Part shown: piece by piece, positions 38,277 through 46,002 of the stretch | Layout: each line of letters opens with the position of its first letter | Position numbering within the stretch: position 1 is the first letter of the stretch | Assembly: GCA_023898625.1 (NCBI GenBank) | Contig: CP060231.1 | Coordinates: 673,890 to 737,889, forward strand | DNA length: 64,000 nucleotides | Reading direction: 5' to 3' | DNA from: Candidatus Nomurabacteria bacterium | GTDB taxonomy: Bacteria > Patescibacteriota > Saccharimonadia > Saccharimonadales > JAGQNJ01 | Notes under the pieces: generated by a model | Seen by the model: the letters and a program-made list of their open reading frames with translations, nothing else | What the model was told of the DNA's origin: nothing | Database searches by the model: none | Translations under genes and position numbers: made by a program

Positions 38277-39404
38277 ATGGCAAGGTTACCAATACCAGGA
38301 CAAGATAGAGGTGTATGGGGTGATATCCTTAACGAGTATTTATCTGTATCCCATGAATCAGACGGTACGTTAAAATCGAGCGCAATACCTCCAGGATCAG
38401 GTGCAACTGGAGCTACTGGCCCCATTGGTTCCGTGGGCGCCACAGGATCAACTGGACTTCAGGGTGCAACTGGAGCAACAGGCCCTGGCTCTATTGGCGC
38501 AACAGGTCCAATGGGTTCAACGGGTCCAATTGGGGTAGCTGGCGCAACAGGACCAACGGGTCCAGGTGTTATAACTGGTGGTACTACTGGACAAGTTCTG
38601 GCTAAAGCTTCAAATGCAGACAATGACACTACCTGGGTGAACATTGCAGACAATGCCGTCACTTCAGTTAATGGTGATACTGGCCCAATCGTTAACTTAA
38701 ATGCAACAGATGTAGGAGCAGCTCCAACTTCACATTCTCATGATGCCACAGACATCACTTCAGGGACAGTGGCTACAACTCGGCTCGGGTCAGGTACGGC
38801 GGACTCGACGAAGTTCCTGCGTGGCGACCAGACGTGGGCGGCACCGATGATGCGGGAACTGCCCCTCTCGTCGGGGTATCTCATCGCTCTCCCCGCTGGT
38901 GGCGTTGGCTCCTTCGGATTGTCAGCGTCGGCTGGTCGGTTCTGGTTGATCCCGATGTGGTTGCCCGCTGGAACCTAGGACCGTGTCGGTGTCGCCACCA
39001 CCGGAGCGGGGACCACCACATGGCGACTCGGTGCCTACAAGGCCAACCCGTCGACGCTCATGCCCGACGGCACGGCGCTGATACAAGAGTTCGGCACCAT
39101 CGACCTGAGCGTCACGCCCGGAGAGTTGTCTGTGTCCACATCGTTCACGGTGCCCACCTCTGGGCTCTACTGGATGGCCGTGCTGGTCGATTCGTACACG
39201 TCGGCCCCATCGGCGGTGGGATGGCAAGGTCAATACACGGTCCCGCCGGTCCCGTGGATGCCTGTGACCGTGCACCAGATCGCTCTTGGGCGATCGTTGT
39301 GGCTTCGGATGGCCTACTCGGTCCCGACGGGTGCGGTTCCGGCGACGTGTCCGACCACAGCGTGGAGCGATCTGGGACCCCAGGTCAGATTGAGGGTGGC
39401 GTGA
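38277..39404 (+). pseudogene. phage tail-fibre-like protein with collagen-like repeats; single frame interrupted by an in-frame TAG at 38976-38978
   Basis: N-terminus [36 protein letters not shown] repeats and the [18 protein letters not shown] motif resemble actinophage minor tail or fibre proteins. The same frame, with the same G/C third-position bias, continues after the TAG to a TGA at 39402-39404. Confidence 0.7.
38400..38567 (+). repeat. collagen-like G-X-Y triplet repeat (about 17 triplets, one register shift at GPGSIG)
   Basis: [56 protein letters not shown] read directly from the translation. Confidence 0.9.
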
Positions 39405-39545
39405 TGAACGAGTCCATCTTCTCGAACGGTCGCCTCGTCGAGCAGACCGTCGACAACGGCGACGGCACCGGCACCCGCACCACCTTCGACGCCGACGGCA
39501 ACGTCGACACGGTCGAACAACTCACCGGGCTACCCATCCCCGAAC
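38780..39545 (+). other. high-GC patch (about 65-68% G+C) embedded in frame in low-GC genes
   Basis: 41/60 G+C at 38821-38880 against 25/60 at 38641-38700; codons are dominated by tcg/acg/ccg/gtc/ggc; AT-rich sequence resumes after about 39545. Confidence 0.85.
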
Positions 39546-39631
39546 CAGTTCCACCTACACAAGCAGAACAGATAGCAGAGTTACAGGCTACCGTTGCCAA
39601 GCTTAAGGACGCTTTGAAAAAACGTGACTAA
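39404..39631 (+). CDS. small protein translationally coupled to the fibre gene (candidate fibre assembly or partner protein)
   Basis: GTGATGA junction: the stop at 39402-39404 overlaps the ATG at 39404. 75 aa, MNESIFSNGRLVEQTVDNGDGTGTRTTFDADGNVDTVEQL... with a C-terminal coiled-coil-like AEQIAELQATVAKLKDALKK. Confidence 0.6.
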   Translation: MNESIFSNGRLVEQTVDNGDGTGTRTTFDADGNVDTVEQLTGLPIPEPVPPTQAEQIAELQATVAKLKDALKKRD

Positions 39632-39674
39632 TATCTAGGCTTACTAACAGAGATGCGAATCATAAAGTATGCTA

Positions 39675-39703
39675 TTGACATTTCGGTAAGTAGTTATTAT
39701 AAT
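39675..39703 (+). promoter_or_regulatory. perfect consensus sigma70 promoter
   Basis: TTGACA (39675-39680), exactly 17-nt spacer, TATAAT (39698-39703); no plausible ORF follows. Confidence 0.7.
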
Positions 39704-39834
39704 CAACTTAGTTTGGTTGAGTCTTATGGATTCCCAGGCAGGACTTTGACAGATGTATATAGGTAGGCAACAGTATTAGTGCATAACTATTTTTGTGTAT
39801 TATTACTGTTGTCTAAATAATAGACTAATTTCGT

Positions 39835-40100
39835 GTCGGCGCCAGGATGGGGATGGCACCGGCCTGCAGAGAAGGTGAGTTGAGCGAGAAATCGTTCCTC
39901 CTGCCACCACAAGGGGCAAGGCAGTATCATGCAAACCTGGGCGGGTTTCGTGATGCCTTCTCCACACCCTACGCCTTCTTGGCTTATCCCAGTAGGTCGA
40001 GGAGGTTACCCGGACCTTCGTTGTGTGCTAAGCATCGCTTCGCATGGCGGAGGTCCGGGACCAATTGGTCTATTAGTAGTGTCGAGCACTAAGGTTGAGT
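39835..40100 (+). ncRNA. unclassified GC-rich structured RNA candidate
   Basis: 36/60 G+C at 39841-39900 against 25/60 in the flank. Four-way junction closed by GAGAAGG (39869-75) / CCTTCTC (39956-62), with hairpins at 39883-96 (GAAA tetraloop), 39901-24 and 39926-54. 12-bp helix 40009-20 / 40048-59. The strand is inferred from the GNRA loop and the upstream promoter. Confidence 0.45.
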
Positions 40101-40269
40101 TTATTAGAGCATTTTTGCTCCTCACTTCTTCGCTCCATTAATTACTAATATACATCTGTCCTTTCATCAGAGCATGTATTTATATACATTCTGTGATGAG
40201 AGAATAAGTCATAAAATGTCCTACAATCAATGTCGTATATTTAGGCTTTTGCATGTAAACTACTAACTG

Positions 40270-42039
40270 ATGAAACATCTAATTAAAATTCTAAAGTATA
40301 CATCTAGCCTTAGATGGTATTACATAATTATCAGTATACTTAGTGTTCTTTTTGCGGTAACCGGCTTAATTACTCCTTTGCTTTCAGGTAAAGCGATAGA
40401 CTTGCTAAAATCTGGATCTACAGATACTAGAGCATTACTTTTAATTGTTGTGGCTATTTTTGTTTTAGATGTATTTTCTACGATAATATCTAACATTTCT
40501 GGATATATGGGTGACGTAATGTCAACCAAGCTACAACGAATATTAAGCACGCGTTACTACGAGCATTTGCTAGAGTTACCACAAAGTTACTATGACAAAG
40601 AGCTTTCTGGCAAGATTATAAATCGTTTAAATCGTTCCATTGCCCAAATTAGCAACTTTATGCAGATGTGGAGCAACAACTTTTTGCAGTTTGTATTCAG
40701 TACAGTGTTGGCTTTGGCGATTATTGCATATTTTAGTTGGCCAATAGCGTTATTGTTAGCCAGCCTGTATCCGATTTATATATTCATGACAATTAAAACA
40801 AGTGGAAAGTGGCTGAAATACCAAGCAAAGCTTAATAAAAATTGGGACATTGCAACTGGTAGGTTTGCAGAAAGCATTGGACAAATTAAGGTTGTTAAAA
40901 GTTTTGTCAGGGAGGACGGCGAACTTTCTTATTTTGATAAATATTACAAAAAAATAGTCAATATTGTATATCCGCAATCAAGGCATTGGCACGTGAGAGA
41001 TGTACAAAGAAGACTTATCTTAAATGTGATATTTTTCTGCGTTTACGCTTTGATATTTTATCAAGCTGTTAATGGCCAATTTACGCCTGGGCAAGCAGTT
41101 ACGCTAATTTTATATGCTATGCAAATCAGAATTCCGATATTTACGGTGAGTTTCTTAGTGGACAGCACTCAAAAAGCTGTTGCTGATAGCAAGGATTATT
41201 TTGAAGTTATGAACGTAACGCCTGACATAAAAGACTTATCAACAGCAAAAGACCTGGTGGTGAGCAAGGGTGAAATAAGCTTTAGCAATGTAACTTTCGC
41301 CTATGACGAAAAACCAGTAATTAAAAATGTGACTTTTGATGTGCTTCCGGATACTAAAATTGCTTTGGTGGGCGAAAGTGGAGAAGGTAAAACCACCATC
41401 ACAAATTTATTGATGAGATTATACGAAACAAATAAAGGAGAGATATTGATTGATGGTCAAAATATCGCAGACGTAAAGCAGGCCAGTCTACGTAAACAAA
41501 TTGGCGCGGTGTTTCAAGAACCAGCCCTGTTTAGTGGAACAATTAAAGAGAACATTGCTTATGCGAATCCAAAAGCCAGCATTAAAGATATAATAAACGC
41601 TTCTAAAGACGCAAATGCACATGATTTTATTTCAAAACTTGAACATGGCTATGATAGCGAAATTGGCGAGCGAGGCCTTAAGTTATCGGGTGGCCAGAAA
41701 CAGCGGATCGCTATAGCCAGAGCCTTGCTAAAAAATGCTCCAATATTAATACTTGACGAGGCTACCAGTAGTCTAGATAGCAAAAGTGAACAAATGGTTC
41801 AAGAAGCATTAAAGCGCTTAATGAAAGGTAGGACAACCCTGATTGTGGCGCATAGATTGAGTACTATTCAGCACGTTGATACTATAATTACATTAAAGAA
41901 CGGCAAGATAGATGAAATTGGCTCTCCAGAAAAGCTGGCAATTTCAGGCGGAATCTATTCCCAGCTTCTAAACTTACAAAATACTGCCGTGGAGTCCTCG
42001 CGAAAAGAACGCTTAAGCAAGTTTGATATCGCAAGCTAG
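40270..42039 (+). CDS. ABC exporter, fused permease/ATPase (MsbA-like)
   Basis: 589 aa; six N-terminal TM helices, Walker A GESGEGKTT, signature LSGGQKQR, Walker B ILILDEATS. Confidence 0.9.
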   Translation: MKHLIKILKYTSSLRWYYIIISILSVLFAVTGLITPLLSGKAIDLLKSGSTDTRALLLIVVAIFVLDVFSTIISNISGYMGDVMSTKLQRILSTRYYEHLLELPQSYYDKELSGKIINRLNRSIAQISNFMQMWSNNFLQFVFSTVLALAIIAYFSWPIALLLASLYPIYIFMTIKTSGKWLKYQAKLNKNWDIATGRFAESIGQIKVVKSFVREDGELSYFDKYYKKIVNIVYPQSRHWHVRDVQRRLILNVIFFCVYALIFYQAVNGQFTPGQAVTLILYAMQIRIPIFTVSFLVDSTQKAVADSKDYFEVMNVTPDIKDLSTAKDLVVSKGEISFSNVTFAYDEKPVIKNVTFDVLPDTKIALVGESGEGKTTITNLLMRLYETNKGEILIDGQNIADVKQASLRKQIGAVFQEPALFSGTIKENIAYANPKASIKDIINASKDANAHDFISKLEHGYDSEIGERGLKLSGGQKQRIAIARALLKNAPILILDEATSSLDSKSEQMVQEALKRLMKGRTTLIVAHRLSTIQHVDTIITLKNGKIDEIGSPEKLAISGGIYSQLLNLQNTAVESSRKERLSKFDIAS

Positions 42040-42084
42040 CGTGGAAAATTTTCTACGTACAATTATTTAATATATACTGTCTTT

Positions 42085-42540
42085 ATGAGTAGAAAATCGG
42101 TGCGCGCAATAGTCATTAAAGATAATAAATTATTAGTCATGTTTCGTAATAAATTTGGAGTGAAGTACGTGACTTTAATTGGAGGATCGGTTGAAATGGG
42201 CGAATCTCTTGAGCAAGCAGTTGTTCGTGAGCTTCAAGAAGAAACCTCCTTGCGTGTTGCTAATCCAAGGCTGGTAATGATTGATCACGCAGATTTTTAT
42301 GGTGATCAGTACGTGTTTTACTGTGATTATGTATCTGGTGAGCCACAGCTAACACCAGATTCACCAGAAGCATCGATTCATAAGCTTGGCAAAAACTTAT
42401 ACGAACCAGGCTGGTTGCCTTTGAGTGAGTTACCTAAGGTGCCTTTTCTATCCAAAGAACTTCAGGAAGCGATCATTAGCGCAACAACTTCAGGCTGGGC
42501 AAACGAAGTCGTCGAGTTTTCTAGTCAAAGAAATGTCTAG
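42085..42540 (+). CDS. NUDIX hydrolase
   Basis: Nudix box GGSVEMGESLEQAVVRELQEETS. Confidence 0.85.
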   Translation: MSRKSVRAIVIKDNKLLVMFRNKFGVKYVTLIGGSVEMGESLEQAVVRELQEETSLRVANPRLVMIDHADFYGDQYVFYCDYVSGEPQLTPDSPEASIHKLGKNLYEPGWLPLSELPKVPFLSKELQEAIISATTSGWANEVVEFSSQRNV

Positions 42541-42630
42541 TATTGTAAATGTTACGTTATTTTGTTGAGTTAGTATTTTGATTTCATATAATATTTTGCG
42601 TATACTTGAAAAGACAAAAAGGAGGTACCA

Positions 42631-43170
42631 GTGGGGCAAACAACACAACGAGCTTTCGCGCTTAGCCTAGCAATTTTATTCTTAATAACTACTATAGGTT
42701 TTAGTGCGTATGTAATGTGGGAAATGTTTAATCAAAAGGACACAACAAACACAGCAAATCAGCAACAGCAACAACAATCAACTAATACATCACAGGAGCC
42801 GAAAGATTATATGCAAGGATTTGAACCAATGGGTGATACTCGAGTCACCGAACTTAAGACCACAGACATTAAAGTAGGTACAGGAACCGAAGCTGTTGAA
42901 ACATCAACTGTTAAGGTTGAATATACTGGGGCGTTAACCAAAGATGGGTCAATCTTTGATTCTACTGATAAGCGTGGTGGTGAGCCTGCAGAATTTGCTT
43001 TGAGTGGAGTTGTGCCTGGATTTAGACAAGGTATTGTGGGTATGAAAGTTGGTGGCGAGCGTCAGATATTGATACCAGCAAGTCTTGGTTATGGAGCTGA
43101 GGGAAATCCACCAGCTATCCCAGCTGATTCTGACCTTGTATTCAATGTGAAGCTTGTAGAAGTAAAATAG
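42631..43170 (+). CDS. FKBP-type peptidyl-prolyl isomerase, membrane anchored
   Basis: GTG start after AAAGGAGG; N-terminal TM helix; C-terminal FKBP domain (VPGFRQGIVGMKVGGERQILIPASLGYG). Confidence 0.85.
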   Translation: MGQTTQRAFALSLAILFLITTIGFSAYVMWEMFNQKDTTNTANQQQQQQSTNTSQEPKDYMQGFEPMGDTRVTELKTTDIKVGTGTEAVETSTVKVEYTGALTKDGSIFDSTDKRGGEPAEFALSGVVPGFRQGIVGMKVGGERQILIPASLGYGAEGNPPAIPADSDLVFNVKLVEVK

Positions 43171-43340
43171 CAAAAAACACAACATATAGCGTCTTGACGT
43201 TAACCATAGGCACTATATATAATACTGTTTGTACCATAAAAACGAACTTTAAATAAAAACTAAACATGACATAATCGCCGTATGGGAGCCTTCTTTGAGA
43301 GCAGAAGGGGTGGTTTTGTCACCTAACTAGGAGGGTCATC

Positions 43341-43589
43341 ATGGCTAAAAATATTACAATCTATACAACTAATACATGCGGTTATTGCTCAATGGTTAAG
43401 AAATTCTTAACCGCCAAAGGCCAAACCTACGAAGAAGTAAATCTTGATCAAGATCCAGCTCGTCAACAAGAGGCCTTAGCTTTGAGTGGAGCATTGACTG
43501 TGCCTGTAACAGTTGTTACGAAAGAAGATGATTCTAAAGAAGTAGTTGTTGGCTACAATCTGTCAAAATTGGCACCAGCATTAACATAA
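43341..43589 (+). CDS. glutaredoxin-like protein (NrdH type)
   Basis: 82 aa with a CGYC redox motif; AGGAGG RBS. Confidence 0.8.
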   Translation: MAKNITIYTTNTCGYCSMVKKFLTAKGQTYEEVNLDQDPARQQEALALSGALTVPVTVVTKEDDSKEVVVGYNLSKLAPALT

Positions 43590-43643
43590 ATAAAACATTT
43601 AGTATGTATAAATTAGGTGACTGAAAGCTAGGGAGTTATTGAT

Positions 43644-44570
43644 ATGGCAAATGATGTAATAGACGTAGTAATGATTGGGGCTGGCCCAGCCTCCTTGAGT
43701 GCATCAATTTACACCACACGTGAGGATATTAAGACGGTTCTTTACGAGAAGGGCGTAATTGGTGGATTGGCGGCGATTACCGATTGGGTGGATAATTATC
43801 CTGGGTTTCCTAAGGGTTTAGCAGGGTTGGACTTAGCTGAAGATTTGCGCAAGCAGGCAGAACGATTTGGGGCAGATATTCGACTAGGAGAAGTATCAAA
43901 AATTATCCTTAACGAGGACGGTACAAAAACACTAACCACGACAGATGGTGATATTAAAGCAAAAGCTGTTTTGATTGGCACAGGCAGTGATTATAAAAAA
44001 CTTGGAATACCAGGAGAGCAAGAATTCTACGGACGAGGTGTTCATTACTGTGCAACTTGTGATGGGGCATTTTATCGCGACAAGCATTTAGTAGTTGTTG
44101 GGGGCGGAAATTCAGCCGTACAAGAAGCGCTGTTCTTAACAAAGTTTGCCAGCAAGATTGATATGTTGGTGCGAAGTGATTTGCGAGCATCAGATGTGCT
44201 TATAAAAGAGCTAGAGGCAAATGACAAAATTACAATTCATAAAGACACAACTACCGATGAAATTGTCGGACAAGACAATAAAGTCGTTAAAGTGATTGGC
44301 ACTAGGGATGGTCAGAAAGTTGAGTTCCCTACCGATGGAGTCTTTGTGTTTATTGGCTTGCTACCAAACACAGGCTTTTTGAAAGACTCTTCGATAGATT
44401 TAGATGAAGTAAGATTAGTCAAAACCGATCAACATCTTCAGACAAACATGAAGGGGGTTTTTGCTGCCGGTGATGTTAGAAGTGGGGCAACAATGCAGAT
44501 TGCATCGGCGGTTGGCGAGGGTGCAACGGCAGCTCTTAGAATTCGTGAATATCTAGACGATAAATTGTAG
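43644..44570 (+). CDS. trxB: thioredoxin reductase
   Basis: GAGPAS FAD motif, CATCDG redox centre, GGGNSAVQEA NADPH motif. Confidence 0.9.
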   Translation: MANDVIDVVMIGAGPASLSASIYTTREDIKTVLYEKGVIGGLAAITDWVDNYPGFPKGLAGLDLAEDLRKQAERFGADIRLGEVSKIILNEDGTKTLTTTDGDIKAKAVLIGTGSDYKKLGIPGEQEFYGRGVHYCATCDGAFYRDKHLVVVGGGNSAVQEALFLTKFASKIDMLVRSDLRASDVLIKELEANDKITIHKDTTTDEIVGQDNKVVKVIGTRDGQKVEFPTDGVFVFIGLLPNTGFLKDSSIDLDEVRLVKTDQHLQTNMKGVFAAGDVRSGATMQIASAVGEGATAALRIREYLDDKL

Positions 44571-45239
44571 TTAGTATCCGTCAAAAATATCTGTAACAAC
44601 CTGATTACTGTTTAAGCCAGACTCTTTTAGTATGCTATTGATTTGTTCAATAAATGTTGGTGAGCCGGATATGTATACTAGGCAATTTGGCTTTTCTCTA
44701 ATTAGTGCCAACATCCTTGTTTGTAGCTCATTTAACTTTGATTTCCCGACAAAGTATTCCGTATGAAATTTATCAAAGAGTTGCTTGTCAATGATTTCGT
44801 TTTTTGATCTTACTGCTTGTAGTATAGAGATATCACGTTTTTGGTTTGTGTCAGACAACCATTTGATAATACTACGCACCGGAGTGTAGCCTATGCCACT
44901 ACTCACAAAAATAACCGACTTTAGTTTGTTGATCGGCAGAACAAAGTCACCTATTGGTTGACTATAGTTGATTACGTCGTCTAGTTTTATGTTAAGTAAG
45001 GCGCGCTTAAATGTAGAGCAATGGACATCCCTGATTCGTATTGTAATTGCTAGATTATCTTCTGTTGGTGATGAAAAGATTGTAAATTTGCGATGTTCAC
45101 CACGGTCATCTGGCTGGCTATGTGGTAGGTATATTTCAGTGTATTGCCCCGGGACATTGTCTACTGGTTTTTGGGCTGAAAACCAGTAGGTATATATATC
45201 ATCAGCTGTTTTGTTGGTTTTTAATAACTTGGCTCTCAT
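44571..45239 (-). CDS. ferredoxin-NADP reductase-like FAD/NAD(P)-binding oxidoreductase
   Basis: RKFTIFS (RxYS-like) FAD motif and SGIGYTP NAD motif; start refined to MRAKLL, which forms an ATGA overlap with the upstream gene. Confidence 0.7.
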   Translation of the reverse strand: MRAKLLKTNKTADDIYTYWFSAQKPVDNVPGQYTEIYLPHSQPDDRGEHRKFTIFSSPTEDNLAITIRIRDVHCSTFKRALLNIKLDDVINYSQPIGDFVLPINKLKSVIFVSSGIGYTPVRSIIKWLSDTNQKRDISILQAVRSKNEIIDKQLFDKFHTEYFVGKSKLNELQTRMLALIREKPNCLVYISGSPTFIEQINSILKESGLNSNQVVTDIFDGY

Positions 45240-45913
45240 TTCGTTTTGAGGTGTCTGAGTTTGTTTGGATAGTCTGTGCAAACAGCAACATCACGATATA
45301 CAAATTTGAACAATTGAGCAATCCACGATTTGTTTAGTGTATAGGTGTAGATTTCGAGCTTTTTGTATTTTGCCAATAAGAACGTTGCGGGGTTCATTAT
45401 TCCATAATGTAGCCCAACACCACTTGCATTCATCTTGCTCGCTATGTTTAAAATCTCGAATGGACTATGATGTTCTAGAACATAGCAGAAACTTTCTTGA
45501 TTGTAATTCTTTATTGCCCGAATTGCACGATGATCAAACGAAGCAAATCTAATATCAATATCAGAATATTTACTAATAATTGAAAAAATCTTTTTTGGAT
45601 CAATATATTCTTTTAGCTCAATTATTACACCTTTACCAGTCAATAACCGCAATGCATCGTCTAGAGTCGGCAGTTTTGGGCATTGTTCTTGCAGTTCCTC
45701 TAGTGTTGAACTTTTAATTTTTAAGTCAACACCGTAGGTGCGCAGTAGGTCTGCGTCATGACACAACACAATTTTGCCGTTATGGGTTTGACGAATATCA
45801 AATTCAATAAAGTCAGCGCCAGAATTTAGGCCTTTTTTAATACTTTCTAATGTGTTCTCAAGCGCAAGGCCGGCAGCCCCACGATGACCGATAATTTTCA
45901 TCTTACCAATCAT
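45236..45913 (-). CDS. glycerophosphodiester phosphodiesterase
   Basis: IGHRGAAGLALENT and EFDIRQT motifs; start uncertain (45913 or 45901). Confidence 0.8.
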   Translation of the reverse strand: MIGKMKIIGHRGAAGLALENTLESIKKGLNSGADFIEFDIRQTHNGKIVLCHDADLLRTYGVDLKIKSSTLEELQEQCPKLPTLDDALRLLTGKGVIIELKEYIDPKKIFSIISKYSDIDIRFASFDHRAIRAIKNYNQESFCYVLEHHSPFEILNIASKMNASGVGLHYGIMNPATFLLAKYKKLEIYTYTLNKSWIAQLFKFVYRDVAVCTDYPNKLRHLKTK

Positions 45914-46002
45914 TGTACTATAATACCTACTATGACTAAACAGGTTGCAGGTTAGGGTGTAGATCTCTAGACACGTGGCCACAAAATGAACAAGGAGGAA
46001 TA

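Noticed and set aside
38246-38662. Minus-strand ORFs 38246-38443 and 38459-38662 (GPVAPVAP-type proteins)
   Set aside because: They are mirror-image artefacts of the G-X-Y repeat on the + strand. They have no start context and overlap a better-supported gene.
38922-39600. Minus-strand ORFs 38922-39275, 39314-39520 and 39385-39600
   Set aside because: Open frames are expected by chance in high-GC DNA. Their sequences are Arg/Gly/His-rich and the codon-position bias supports the + strand frame instead.
38834-39631. 265-aa + strand ORF covering most of the high-GC patch
   Set aside because: Its first ~190 codons are an Arg/His/Trp-rich off-frame reading ([10 protein letters not shown]..., HARRHGADTRVRHHRPERHARR) of the frame-3 fibre gene, which carries the G/C third-position bias. 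Only the last 75 codons, from the ATG at 39404, look like real protein.
38277-39631. Intact or remnant prophage
   Set aside because: Only two phage-like genes are present. There is no integrase, capsid, terminase, portal or lysis gene, and no att-like tRNA junction in the flanks. The only tRNA is 34 kb away.
39835-40100. Assigning the GC-rich island to RNase P RNA, tmRNA, SRP RNA, or a cobalamin, glycine, glmS or other riboswitch
   Set aside because: Partial look-alikes exist: GGTCCGGG resembles the P4/CR-I motif, GCCAC...GGGGCAAGGC resembles the B12 core, and GTGCTAAGC resembles the SRP Alu motif. However, their order, partners and the remaining conserved blocks (GGATTCGAC and the T-loop, ACAGAA..GGCTTA at the 3-prime end, GGAAGCAGC, the B12 box) are missing. 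It is left unclassified.
38277-40140. Diversity-generating retroelement (DGR) acting on the fibre tip
   Set aside because: No reverse transcriptase or avd gene is nearby, and I could find no template/variable repeat pair matching the fibre C-terminus.
39847-40141. ORFs 39847-40092 and 39929-40141 inside the GC-rich island
   Set aside because: The translations are Arg/Pro/Ser-rich with no RBS and no protein-like pattern. The region folds into stable helices with a GNRA loop, so I treat it as an RNA candidate rather than coding sequence.
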